A DNA stretch of 64,000 nucleotides, taken from the NCBI GenBank assembly GCA_012026655.1, contig JAAILG010000082.1:62001-126000 (forward strand), written 5' to 3'. This document shows, piece by piece, positions 26,101 through 39,625 of this stretch (position 1 is its first letter; every line of letters begins with the position of its first letter). The notes below the pieces were generated by a model. That model had not been told where the DNA came from. It worked only from the letters and a program-made list of their open reading frames with translations, and did no database searches. This stretch comes from Hydrolagus affinis (Eukaryota). A program made the translations under genes and the position numbers.

Positions 26101-28769
26101 GTCTATATATATATATTAAAAAAATAGTATGAATATTACTGACAAATACCAACCACGGCACTCAATGAATTCCCCCCAAATTGCTTAGAAAGATTGGCTT
26201 CTCATAATATCCCTTTTGGCATGGAATTTATCCCTTCACTCTTATTGAATTATTTCCTTTCTAATAATAGTTTTGTGCGATAGATATCAACCTAATAGGC
26301 CTATGGGCAAAACGCTGCCTCAAAGTTTTTTTTAAGATTAGAACATTAGGTTAACTCAATTTTCTGCTATGACCCTCTTCCCCAACGAGTAGTTGTCACA
26401 ACAACCTTGCCCCTCCCATTCCTTTAAGTGCTCATTCCGTCTGGACCATGTCCTGGCGTCTTATAAATATTCAAACACTTAGCTTTTTAATGACCGTTTC
26501 ATGACTGACCTCTTATTTTCTCCATGAACTTCTATGCATTTGTCATCTCCACAATCTCAAGAATGGGAGATCCACTAATGCATTCAATTCTAAAAGGCAG
26601 GTTGCCTCCTCAACTATTTCCTTCAAAGACCTGTTCCTCTCATTACTGTGATTTGGGATGTCATTGAATACAACAGGTCAGCTTGAGTGCAACCGCTGCA
26701 AATTCCAGCAGCAGAATTGCATTTCAGGCTCATCCTTAAAATCTAACCATTTGCTGCAGCTTAGCATAAGTTCTCTTTGCCTTCAGAATGCTCCCTGGTA
26801 AAGCTACCTCTTAAGGCCATATGTCATCGGGAGCTTTTCTAAACTGACATTCACTCAAGACACTGGCCAATTCAGATTATCAAACAAGAAGGCTGAAAAG
26901 CAGACCATTTACAATCAAAATAAATTGGCACAGCTTGCAAAGAGCAATGCTTATCTCAACTGTGCTGTTTGAACACTACACGTCTCCAAATGCCAAAAAG
27001 AAATGCTTTACTGTAAGAGATTGAGGCATAGTGACTTCACTGGGCTGACCTCAGCTCTCTGGTAACAGTTTAAATGTTTCTAATCTGTAAAAGTTAACTC
27101 TTCCTTTACTCAATCTTCTTGCATTAGGAAAGTTACAGGAATACCCAAGGAAAAAGATTTTCCTAAGCAGGTAGTATCAAATAAACCTCAATATGTAGTT
27201 TTATACGTAAAATAAAATGATAAGGTGGAAGCGAAGAAGCCTGGTTTCTGGAATGGTAACATTTCTCTGCCCTCCAGTCTCAGTAATGAGAGCATAATTT
27301 CCTTTGTCGAACCTGAATGGGGACAGAAAACCATCAAAGCAAACCTATATAGTAGCAGTTTGCGGTCCACAAAAGTCAAGGATCTATTATTAAAACTAAT
27401 GTTTAAAAATTCAAAATGCTGAGTACATGCCTTTAACATTATTACAAATAAATGATGTTGCTCCCCTCTTTCAAACTTCTCCGTTGATTTAAAATCAAGT
27501 GGGATGCAATTTAAGTTCTTTTTGAGTGCTTTGAGATGTTCTCCCGACATACAACAGTATGTAATCGTCTATTGAATAGGATAACTAGTAAATAAGCCAA
27601 ATTAACATATTGTCCCACTGAAACTCGCTTTCTTTTAACAACTAGAATGAGAATGGTCTGTAATCCAAGAAAATGCCTTTGCAAGCAGGTAGTTTGGTGC
27701 TAGGATTAAAATCAGCGAAGTACTGTATAAAGACATGCTTCTGTTTTTAATCTTTAAAAAGGTACAAGAGAAAGTGTTGCTGTAGACTTGAATGTGTGGG
27801 GGTTTCAGTTAAAAGTTGCACATTTGCAGTGCTTTCTGGACAAATAGACATTACATTGATATTCCACATGCATATTGTGAATATTTCCAATGAAATTTGG
27901 GCAGGGCACCCTCCAAAAGAAAATTAGACTAACTTGTATTTTCATTTACAAGACTCTTGATGGAAGCAGAATATTGGTTGATAACAAGAGTCAGGCCAGC
28001 AGCATTCCTGAAACTATTCATGAAAGAGGCCCAATGGCAATCACTGAATAGCTGGGACTGTGACCAGAGGCAGGCTGGAGTAAGGCAATCAGGGACAAGC
28101 CGAATGCAATCACAGGCTGGAGATTCACGTATATTGGCATCTGCTTGTGTGATGGAAAGGGTCGAAGGAGATGATTGAATAGAGTTGATATAAGTAGTGG
28201 TCTGATGTGTCCCATTCCACACAGTGGAGCACTCAATTAAATAAATAACAGACACACACTCGCTAGACACTGGCTATTTAATTGATCCAGGAATTTGTAG
28301 TTACCGGGTCGCTGGTGTCATACAAGTTCACATTGATTACATCTACACTTTTACACAAAGGCATTACAAATTATGCTTTCTTCATTAAAGTCTGCGTATG
28401 GATCTCGCCTTTGATTCCTCCCACCCCCACGTCGCAAAAAACATAGCGACAGTTACGTACGGATGACATTTAAAAAAACGTTTTAAAATGAATGCGCTGT
28501 GCAGCATATTAAGAACCTTGAAGGAATATTCCAGGGTATCATCTTATTGTAATACTCAAGGATGAGACTGAATAATACACTAGGCAAGTAATCCGGAAAA
28601 CAACAAGTTGCCTGTCTTGCTAAAGAGAGTGGGATCTTCACAGCATTACCAAAGCTCAGCAAAAAATTGCAATAATACAGCAGTGTTCATGTCGTAGGAC
28701 CACAGCTAAGGATTTGAACCCAAACTGGGGATTAGAATCAAGAAGGGTGGAGGGTAGCGGCGTAGGACT

Positions 28770-29010
28770 GTGGCCAAAAGCACGATCAAAGAGGAAAGTC
28801 TTGAAATGGGCTTTGAAGGAGGCAAGGGAGGTGGAGGGATTCTACAATTGAGTTCCAGAGGGTCAGGGCAATGATGCTGAAGCCCCCACTACCAATGGTG
28901 GGTAGGGAAAGCCGGGGGATGTGAAGCAGGCAGTGTCCGCTGAGCAGAAAGGATAGTATGGTGGTAATAGGTCGCAGAGGTAGGGAGAAGCAAGGCTGTG
29001 GACAGTCACT
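28770..29010 (-). mobile_element. L2-clade LINE ORF2 C-terminal remnant
   Basis: Minus-strand translation LLHIPRLSLPTIGSGGFSIIALTLWNSI resembles the L2 G.R.FS..AP.LWNSLP motif. Confidence 0.65.
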
Positions 29011-30780
29011 GCCAATGGAAACCACCATTTGTTACCATACATCATCCATCCCCAGGACCAGCCACAGCTGATGCTCACTGAAAAGCTGAACAGTTGGGAA
29101 TGAACACCAAAATGAAGAATACTTTGTGACACAGATGATGGTCATAAACAGGGCTGCAACAAAGTGGAATCGTTTCACACACTGGTGTTCGCTCCCCAGG
29201 ATTACCCCCAATATTCTCTCCGCTCCTTCCCTTCACCATTAATATTAATTTTCTTCCAGTGTGCATCCAGTGTCCTCATGATTAACTTTGCCAAAGAAGG
29301 TCGAAGGAAAAAAAGTTCAAGCTATAATTTTTTTGTTGGCCCCCCAAAAAAGATGTTTATATACTATGTACATGACTATGGTGGCTATGTTCTACGAGCT
29401 CCTGCATGTCTTTCTCCTGCAATGTTCTTTTAAGATAGTGCGTCAGTCCAATCAGTTTCTCACCCAATGGGTTTGTCAATATTTACAGGCCGAATTGAAT
29501 GGGAAGAATGCATCCACAAAAGCAGAGAAATGTATACCTCACCACCGAGCCACATTAACAACATAATGTGAGCACTTCCGTGGAAAAAATGAGAACAGAT
29601 GTAACGGCTTCATAATGATGAAACCTAACCTTGTTCTGACCTGGACAACCTCGTGCAAGTCAGCTTATTATTTAAGCACTTAATGCGCATAACAATTATG
29701 TAAATAAATTAGCAGGGCACCAAGATCTCATTTCTGATGCCATCACATTAGAAGTCAAGAGCCGGATTCTCTCTCTCACGGGTGTGAGGAAGCAAGCGAG
29801 AAGTAAGAAACAAACCAACATTTTGCAGTTGTGGGGTCAAGGGAAGCATTTCAGTGCATCATGGTGCACTCTTTCCATTTGTTATGTGCTAACTTGCATT
29901 TAGCAAAGCTTAAAGCTGCAAATTACATACATCTGTTTAAAGGTTAATTAAGGTACATTACATTTCCAGGCAAAAATTTTAAATCTCATAAGGCTGTTTT
30001 GTTAGATACTTTTATATTGATTAAACAATCTATAAAGGATATTAAAACCCTGTATTTGGCGCAATCTATAAATTATGCAAGAGTCATATCCAGTCTGATG
30101 TGCATGAATTTTTTAAATCTTTATTTGGCAAAAAGCCAAACGCCTTTGTTTTGAAGAAACAACAGACAACTTCCCAACAAATATTTTTTCAAAGATCTAG
30201 CAAACTAGTTGTAAAGTGGTTCCTTTTTTTAAATAATCCTTGGGTTGAGATTTTGCCAGGTTTGTTATCTGAGAGGAGCATTTCGATTAGAAGAGTCACT
30301 GCAATTTAAAATGTGAAGCCATGTGTGCAATATAGATGGTTATTAGCGATCCAACATAGCAAACTACCGGGTAAGGTTTTTTGGTTGGCTGATACTGATT
30401 ACAGAGCCAGTATTAGAAACAAGACTAATATACCTAATACGACTGACATTGGTCCATTCCTTTTCTTATTAGTTTCCCCTCATTCTCTTCTAGTGTGCTT
30501 ATTCATGCATGGTTAGAACATGGAATGCAATTCAACAAAAATACATTCACATCCCTTCTTTGTTTCATTTAAAGAAATTGACAGGATGCCTGAGCGGGTA
30601 GACAAGACACCTAGGTACTGGTCCAATCCATTTTGGCACATTTGGATTCAGCAGTTGGCAATAGGCGATTACTAGTGATGGGCTAATCAACAATAGGAGG
30701 CTTTATATGGGACTGTGATATAAGGTACTGTGCGTAATGAACGATGGACATTGTGGAAATACTACAGATCGGGGGGATTA

Positions 30781-30846
30781 ACAACAACAACAAAATTACA
30801 TTTGTAGAGCACCTTTCATGTGGGGAGGACGTATCAAGGTGCTGAA
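30781..30846 (-). mobile_element. L2-type 3' tail mini-element
   Basis: Reverse complement: ttcagcaccttgatacgtcctccccacatgaaaggtgctctacaaatgtaattttgttgttgttgt. Confidence 0.75.
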
Positions 30847-33013
30847 CAGTCAGGGGTCAGGACCCAATCATGGGAGTCCTGACATAGGGAATGCAGCTAT
30901 TGAGCATAAAGCAGCACTTAGCATCATCTTAGAACTAAGTTAACATCCTCAGAAGCAGGTATGCTTAATCACCTCTGTTGCAGAGGGTTGAAGTGAAGGT
31001 GGAAAAATAAAATAGTTTGCTACTTCTTTTAAATATTGCGAAGCAGCGGTTTTTCTACACAACATCCAAAATGATAGGAGCAAATCCCACATTTTAGCAA
31101 AGCGCTGGAAAGCTCATTTGGCAATATTTCTAAGATGAAAAACATTACAAAACTAATTAGTTTATCATTTAAAAAAATGGATGAGCAAACTAGCCTCTAG
31201 AATGAATCAGTAGGGAAAAACTAACTTGTCTCACAATGGTCTAATCCCAGCTCACTTTCCCTATATAATGCTGTGTAATACAAGTTTCATGACAAGCCTG
31301 GGAAATGCTTTAAACTATGGCAGCCAGTTTCCGAAATCTGGTCAGCTGATTGAAAAATATGCAAATCTAAAGCCTGCAAACTTAATAAATTTGTTTCATT
31401 CTGAAAGCTAGCTTCTGCATGGACAGGTAAAACTACTGCAGTGCATTGGAAGATTCTGAAAATTGTCTTGGGCTGGATATTCCTTTTCTGTACACTATCA
31501 TACCACAATATGCATCAGATTGGTTCAGAGAATGACAGTTTCTCATCAAGCTCAAGCACCAGTACATAAGAGAGGCTCTTAACACAGACATGTTGGACTT
31601 GCGGAACTCTCAATGATATCACTGCTTTAAACTAAAAATAATTGAAATAAAGAAATTCATTACTTGGGAATGATGCAGATAACACATTTGGGAATTTTAG
31701 AGTTGCTGAAACAAACATTAAAACCAAGCTAATATTGCAACTGAACATAAATTTATAAGTAGGCAATGACATGACAATATAGGCAATGTAGAATAATAAC
31801 ACTGACAATGAAAGAATGCAGATTTTATTCCCATATGATCAACAACCTCAAAAAAAACATTGTGATAGATTCACGTCAGCAGCTCTTTGGCACGAGTATA
31901 TATATTTTTTGAGTATAGCAAATTAAGCCTTGGTTGGTGTAGAGTTTAAATATCAAATAAATGGCTCTGAAGAGGCTTTATTGCAGTCACAAAATTGGAT
32001 TTTCATTTAAAGAAGGTAACATATCATAGCCGTCTATCCATTCATGTGTGTGAATATTACCTAATCATTTAACAGGTCATACGAGGGATTGAGTTGCCAT
32101 ACATAACGATATTATTTGGGCGCCTTTCAAAGAACATCTGCATTCTAATGATTGTGGAGGGACTGAACGGTCATGAACCAGCTAGTGTGGAACAACTTCA
32201 TTTAATTGGCACCTTAACTGACATGCTTTCATGTGTTCTGTAAATTCATCCACAGTGAAATTAAGTCAGAAGTAGAAATCTGGCAGATTTTTCTTCCCTC
32301 ACCCAGGAGGACTAGGACTAAATGAGATCAGCCAACTCACCACAGAGTGGGAGATGTACTACACCTTTTGGGCTCTTTTGGCAGAGTTCCTTTACCCAAT
32401 AGCCCATCAGAGAAGCTTGCCATTATTAAAAATAGCTGGCAGAGTTTCAGTGACATACATGCACTCCACATTGTTCCAAGTTATCTTCCATTGCAGCTGC
32501 AATGTTTAAAGTTTAATGCACTGTATAAAGTTACTACAGTTTCTAAAACTCAACCTGAGATATAATTTTTTTAAAAGGATATTTAACAGCAACATGCTTC
32601 TCCCCACTCCCTGAGTCAGACTACTCCACAAGAAAGTACAATAGAACAAAGCCAGTCAGGTCATGAACTCTGTAACTGTGAGCCACAGCCCTATTCATAT
32701 GAAAATGTTGTATCATCTAATTGGGAGTCCAGAATCAATTTACTCATTTATTGTTGATTTTCAGTGAAATTATCCTTTTAAAAGGTCAGAGTCGAGTTGT
32801 ATATTAAGTCAAGTCATTTTATCCATTTAACTTCAGCTGTGGTCTAATTTCAAAATTTGCCCATTTCCACAAACCTATTTTCATAAATTTGTCCACAATA
32901 GATTCCTTGCATCATAAATTGCTTGCCAGTCACAACATTACATTGAGCTATCTTTTCCCTTGACCATATTTAGCATGCTTTCATCTAAACATTACATCTT
33001 TTAAAAAAAAATC

Positions 33014-33180
33014 ATCAGATTCTAATCCCTTCATAGAACCATTGAATTATACAGTACACAAGTAGGCCATTCAGCCCATTATGTCTGTGCCAGCACTTTA
33101 AAAGAGATGCCAAATCAATCCAACTCACCCCAACTCTCTCCCCATAGCCCTGCAAACCTGTCCTCCCCAAATAACTAGCT
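33014..33180 (-). mobile_element. CR1-clade LINE 3' end fragment
   Basis: aggccattcagcccat..tgtgccagc..ctctccccatagccctgcaaa, the reverse complement of the CR1 tail seen at 2345-2590. Confidence 0.75.
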
Positions 33181-33356
33181 AGCTGATGGGACAAATATTC
33201 CTGGGACAAATCAGAGGGCAATCTGATATTGGCAACATTTTGGAACTAGGAATTAAGATGGCAAATAAATGCAGAAACAAATCAGCAGTGAAACTTGAAA
33301 TCAGAACAACTGTGAAAAAAAATCTTCTGGAAGGACATTATCAATGAGGCCTGCAA

Positions 33357-33377
33357 TTCAGCACCTTGGACAGCAGC
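33357..33377 (+). promoter_or_regulatory. RE1/NRSE (REST binding site) candidate
   Basis: TTCAGCACCTTGGACAGCAGC versus consensus TTCAGCACCnnGGACAGCGCC: both half sites intact with the canonical 2-nt spacer; the host gene is neuronal. Confidence 0.75.
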
Positions 33378-35269
33378 TCCCTGTGCCATTCTGCATGAAA
33401 TCCTTACAAGCATTGTCTAAAGGAGATTCTCTTTTATTTGCAGCATAAAGATAGTAAACAGGAGAAATATTCTACATATTAGAATCTACAAAGTAAACTA
33501 CTTTTACAGCTTGATTTGTTTCTTCAAGTTTTGCTCATTTAATTGAGGGATACCTGAGCTATGGAATACTTCTGTTCTTTGCACACTGTAACAGTTTAAC
33601 ACACAGGTTAGCTAATAATAAAAATCATCCAATTTGCATACAGTCAAAATCCCACAGGCAGCATTAATGCAAATGAACCATTTATATGGGTAGTTGTTGG
33701 TCAGAAGAAACCCCAGTTTTGTTTCAAACATTGACGCCTTATCCAAATGACCTCTCTTCCGACAATGTATATTGCGGCTTGCTGGTAAAATACACTATCC
33801 TGCTCAACAACAAACCAAATTCAGAAGAGAATTCCCACTACACCTGTGTGGCACACTCATTTCCCACCTCATCATTTTTATGGCCTTTTTTTTTCCTGAG
33901 TAAAACTGCCAATTTGGAGCTGAATTGTAAACAATTCTATAGTTATTGAAAAACAAACCATCCAATGTCACTCCATCCCATTTATCAAATAAGTACTTGC
34001 TATGGGAGGGTAGGGTGCTAAGCCATTGTGCCACACATTCCTTACCTCCAATGATATTATATATATTTCTGTTCACACACAATCATTTAGAAAGGCTTCA
34101 CAGCTCTGATGAATCTCCCCCTGCTGTAGATAATATAATCACCCCACAGAGAGAGAACGGAGATGAAAATACAGCAAAAACAATACAAAAGTGCCATTTC
34201 TGTCATCATCTGTAATAAGAACACAGTTGATATTGAAAGACAAAAGGAGATAAAAATAGATGAAGAAATTAAAGATACACAAGATAAATGGACCAGCTCT
34301 ACTATTGTGAGGAAATGCATCATGTCACACCTGATAATTTAACAGCTACAGAAGCGGGTCGTCTCTGAACAGACAGTTTTACATAACGCAAGGATTGGAA
34401 ACACAGCATAGGTTAGATCATTGGTGTGGATAATATATGTGCTCACTGCAGTAAAGCCCATTGGGACTCCACAATGAATCTTCAAAACTTAAAAGAAGCT
34501 TTGCTCAAAACACTAGACTCTTGAAAGTGAACAATTTTGTGGACATTGTAGGTGGCTCTTTTCTTTACCCAAGTATACATTCTTGAGACATCCTCCAGAC
34601 ATGAAAGAAATGTGAATTGTATTGTAATGATTTTACAATTGCCAGACACTTATCTAACATATGAAAATCCATCACCGTGCTTAAGTATCTAAACCAGATA
34701 GGAGTTCAATGCATGCCACCTACATATGGAAATTCCCAATGTCCATTCTTCACAAATGACTCCAGGTACAGAGTAACGCTAGATAGTTCACCATGGGGTG
34801 GAGACATTATTGCTGAGGTTGATTTGGTCTTCATCTAATACATATATGTTTGTCATCAAGAATCAGTGAATACTAATTGGAAGCAAGAACCCAGATTGAT
34901 TTGTCACCTTCCTGACCCAGTAGCATTAAACCATTCATAATAAGTGAGTGTGGAGATGTCCCTGATCTGAAAGGTTCTACTCACACACCAGATAGTGTAT
35001 AGAGTGGATAGGGTGATGCAGAGGACAATTACAATCACAGCAACTGCACAAGAGACTTGACCCTCTCACTCTTCCTGTACACAGCCTGTGATTCTGGGAA
35101 TGCCCAAGGCCAGTGATCAGTCAAGTTACTCTACAGACTGGATTAGAATCAGAAAAAATGAATATTAAAAGCTTTTTCCCAAAGTATTGTCACTGTCTGA
35201 TGGGCTAGGTGAGGAGGTCCATGTGCCTGATTCCTGTCTGGAAGCCAGTCTGAATGACAATCTATTTGT

Positions 35270-35575
35270 AGAGTCCTATAGCTCAGTGGTTAGAGCACTT
35301 GCCTTGCAAACGAGAGACCCGAGTTCGATTCCAGGCAGGGTAAAACCTTGGGCAAGTTTCCTTACTCCACACACCAGATAATAATCCCTCAATAAAAAAA
35401 ACAATAACAATTTGGTCACTCAATCCATGACTGTTTGTGGGACACTGCTGTGCGCAATTGCCTGCTGTGTTCACCCACAAATATGCAGTCAATTTACTTT
35501 ACGGTACACTCTGTGAAGCGCTTTGAGATGTCTAGAAGACGTGAAAAGTGCTATATCAAATGCAAGGATAATCAT
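35270..35575 (+). mobile_element. Full-length tRNA/Deu SINE
   Basis: gagtcctatagctcagtggttagagc A box, gagttcgattcc B box, Deu core, tail. Confidence 0.93.
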
Positions 35576-35869
35576 AGGGTACAAACTATTGCTCTGGTTG
35601 AGACCACAGGCTCAAATTCCCTCCTGTGATGTTCCTGTCTGAATGATAATACAGGTGGTGCCTTTATCACTGGTCCATCAGGAAAACTAAAATGCAAATC
35701 ATTCAGCCAAATTGTATGAATAAAAACCACAACTCAGGAATACACACCATTTGGGGTTATTGTCAAAAGACACTGAACACAGTAAAAGATAAGTAGAATA
35801 AACAGACATTAAGTTACTAAGCCAACAGAAACAAACCAGTGAAATGTTCACTCAAACAAGCAATACCTA

Positions 35870-36037
<168 letters not shown>

Positions 36038-36084
36038 CTACTATATTTGTAGACATATTAAGATGAAACACCGTACATGCATGA

Positions 36085-36210
36085 GGTAGAAGGGAACAGA
36101 GGGGTATGGGAGGCAGAATTAGGATGGGAGGAGGAGGCTCACATGGAGCTTAAACACCAATTAGCCAAAATGGCCTCTTTCAACACTGTACAGTCTATGT
36201 AATTCTGTGC
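36085..36210 (+). mobile_element. CR1-type 3' tail fragment
   Basis: gggaggaggctcacatggagcttaaacacc..gccaaaatggcct..ctgtaca..tctatgtaattct. Confidence 0.6.
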
Positions 36211-37255
36211 AACATGTGGATTTAAAAAAAAAACTCGACTTTCCCATGCAACTGACTATTAATGGAAATATTTAAATCCAATATTTAAATCAAAGGCATG
36301 TCAATTAGAGCACATACAAAATTGTTGTGTGAATAACCATTACTGAACTACTGAATGATTTATCAATTGATGATGTTACATACTGTAGTTCTTAGATACA
36401 CAAACTGTTTATCAAATTTGATGCAACCTTTGTAGCCTTTTTAAATTTAAATAAACAATATAGACCCAAGTTACATGGGTTTCCTTTGGACCTCTTTCGT
36501 GGACACATTAATCTGATCATTTGCAATCCATGATCACATGAAAAACTTTTTTACAAAGCTATTCAGATAAACCTGCACTGACTAGCATTATTTGACTGCA
36601 GAATTAATTTATGTGCTTTCAAAATTATATTGAATTCTACCTACCCAAGCTTAATAATGTCACAATTTGGTTGCAATAAGGCTCATGATCGACTACATTG
36701 CAAATAACTGTGCTTTTTTGTTATAAAAAGTCCATAAAGCTCACATTAGCATTATTAAATAATTTACATTTCAATGGCCCTTTTCAATACATTGGCAATT
36801 ACCCATGAATTATTATCCACATTCGGATGTAAATGTATCTTTGCATAATGGACTTCAGTCAAATTCAATGACCATTTATAATCCATAAACACAAATATTC
36901 AAAGTTATTATGAGAAGGGGGTTGTATTTCATTTGAACCAGCATCAATCCATTTCAACTAACATCAATACCTATTATATTCATTTAGCCGAATATAAATA
37001 TTTTTCTGTACGCTGTACTATTGTTGGCAGTACGTTCTGAGCTGCCTCATTTTCAGAAATATTTTTGCTTTTTGCTCACGCCTCCTTGAGATCTTGACTT
37101 CTGCTGGTGTTCAGACACCAAATACACTCCAGTAACTCACACAAGTGGCTCTTCTTTATGTGATAAGTCTCCTCTTTGATGGACCTATTGGCAACTCCTA
37201 ATCCCCCCCCCCCCACCAACCGTCATCCTCAGCTCAGGTCTGAAGCAGTAACTAT

Positions 37256-37320
37256 CCAGCGCCTTGGGACGTCCTCCTGACATGAAAGGGCTATACAAAT
37301 GTAATTTTGGTAGTTGTTGT
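37256..37320 (+). mobile_element. L2-type 3' tail mini-element
   Basis: ccagcgccttgggacgtcctcctgacatgaaagggctatacaaatgtaattttgg. Confidence 0.75.
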
Positions 37321-37340
37321 TTCCGGGGAAGAGGTGGATA

Positions 37341-37692
37341 AATAATAATAATAATAATAATCCTTGCATTTGATATAGCGCTTTCCACATCTTATCAACG
37401 TCCCAAAGCGCTTCACAGAATATACTGTATAAAGTGAATTGACTGTACATATTTGTGGGCGAATCGCGGCAGCCAATTGCGCACAGCAGTGTCCCACACA
37501 CAGTCGTGGATTGAAATGACCAATTTTATTATTGTGGGGTTTTTTTTTGGAGGGATTATTATTAGGCGTGTGGAGTAAGGAAACTTGCCCAAGGTTTCGC
37601 CCTGACCTGCCTGGATTCGAACACAAGTCTCCCCAGCTCGGTCTCCCCAGCTTGCAAGACAAGTGCTCTAACCACTGAGCCACAGGAGCTCC
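37341..37692 (-). mobile_element. Full-length, low-divergence tRNA/Deu SINE with a short duplication in the head
   Basis: Retains many CpGs and a long (AAT)n; gtctccccagct is repeated at about 37626-37652. Confidence 0.93.
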
Positions 37693-38134
37693 ACAAATAA
37701 AGAGAAAGGGGAAGGTTTTCATTTGATATCAAAGAGATACTAAGGACCACACAACATTGCCACCGATGCTTTACAAACAATGCTTGCCTCAAAGTGGTGT
37801 TGTTACAGGAATAAGTTTACGTTACATCCACAACTCACAGGCACACAGATTGTGCAAGACAACAAAGAACCGAGTCTCCCACTGATGCTGGTTTGTTCTG
37901 TAATCTGTAGAGGAATTGTAACTTTCTACTCGACTTTCTCTCTACTATAGAATCTGGAGTCCAAATTGCTGCCTAGTGACCGTAGTTTTTATCTCGCACG
38001 ATTAAGCATTCTGTAATGTTTACTGCACAAATTATGCTCACTGGCATAATGAAATTCACAGCTTCTATCATTTCTGTAATCTTCCAAACAATTATGAGCC
38101 GGGAAGAACTACAAAGCAGGAATATGTGAAGGCA

Positions 38135-38530
38135 TCAGCCTGGCTCAGTTGGTTGCACACTCACTTTTTCAGTTAGGGCTTCAAATCCACTTTCAGTTAG
38201 GGGTTCAAACCCCATATCAAGACATTGATCTAAGTTGACTCAGTATAGCACCGAAGGACCTTTATGTTGTCCTTTAGAATATGATGTTAAAAAACTTATG
38301 TCTCAACTGCCTGTTCAGGTGGATGTTAAAGATCCCAGGCCACTCTTCAAAATGAGAAGGTAATTTCTCCCACTATCCTGAGGTTCACTTCATGGCTCTT
38401 TATGAGACATCGCTGTGGATAAATTGATTGCTGGGTTCACCTAAAAATACACACTCAGTGAACTCTGCAAAGCTCTTAAGAGCTTTGAGACGTTTGAAAT
38501 GTGATGAGGTGTTATATCAAAATGCAAGGG
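38135..38530 (+). mobile_element. Older Deu-domain SINE (SacSINE1-like)
   Basis: tcagcctggctcagttggt head, ctgttcaggtggatgttaaagatccc core, L2-type tail. Confidence 0.7.
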
Positions 38531-39469
38531 TTGTTTTATTAAAGGAACAACGCCATTTCTCCCTACTGCCTTACAAATGAATGGAGAATTGCTATTTTAT
38601 AATGGATTCCTCAAAGCGCTCCCAGTAAGTTGTTCAAAGGCTGATTACTCAAGTATACATCAAAAGTAACTGTTAGACTTGCTTGTTGCTATTTCTAAAA
38701 CGTGTTCTCCCAATCCCAATGAAATTACCCAAAGTAATCAGAAATCTGAGTGTATGCTTTACGGTGGCTGATACCCAGTACAATTACTTTCTTAATACAA
38801 TGTATTAAATGATTCAGGACACAGTCATCTAGTGACAACTGGTAATCCACACAACCATCAAAACAAAGAACCTAAAAGAACTGTTAGAGCCACTCGGTTA
38901 CTTTAATTGTTGTCAGAGGGTAAAAGGATTGTTTCAATCCTCCTTTGACCAAGACTGGAGACCACTGAGGGCATTCACCTCATCAAGTGGCACTGAGCAG
39001 TTGTGTGGGGAGCATGTGGTTCCACATGCCCTGGGGTGGTTCCTGTCTTTCGTTGCTGTGTAATAGATTACAAACGACTTTTGTACACAGGATTTCTCTC
39101 TGCATGTGCACTGAATGAACACGTTACAGCTCTCACTCAGAATGTACACTTGTGTGTAAGGTCACAGTCACTCCCCTCCTCCCAATACATGGTTAAGCAA
39201 GTGTAGGACTGCAAGAAGGAGACATGAATTTATATTTGCTTTGTGCCCAAATGTTGCACAGGGCCCTAGCAATTCCTCAGACTTCAAAACAACCTCATGC
39301 ATTGCATTTTATTTGTTGCCACTTCAACACAAATCATTACACTGAGACAGAAGTTTGTCTTCCATCAGCAGGGATGAGAGTTGTACTGTTAGCATTTTAG
39401 GAAGTATATAAAACTTTTGAAACTGTTGCGTTTATTGTTTGATTGGCAGCTCAAATGCATTTCCCAGAA

Positions 39470-39625
39470 TATTGATGATAGTTGGCCAGGACCCTGTGAG
39501 AACTCCTTCCTTGTTTCAAAAACTATCAGGGAACTTTAATGTCCCACCCGAACGTGCAGAAAGCACTTAATGCCTCGCCTGAAATGCAGCTCTCCCCCAG
39601 CACTTCACTGGATTATCAGGGAGCG
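39470..39625 (-). mobile_element. Older Deu-domain SINE fragment
   Basis: ttggccaggacc..gagaactcc..gggaactttaatgtcccacc, the reverse complement of the older SINE core. Confidence 0.5.

Noticed and set aside
35270-35345. tRNA-Ala/Val genes at the SINE heads
   Set aside because: Each continues into the SINE body and tail, the copies are mutually diverged, and there is no Pol III T-run terminator after the cloverleaf.
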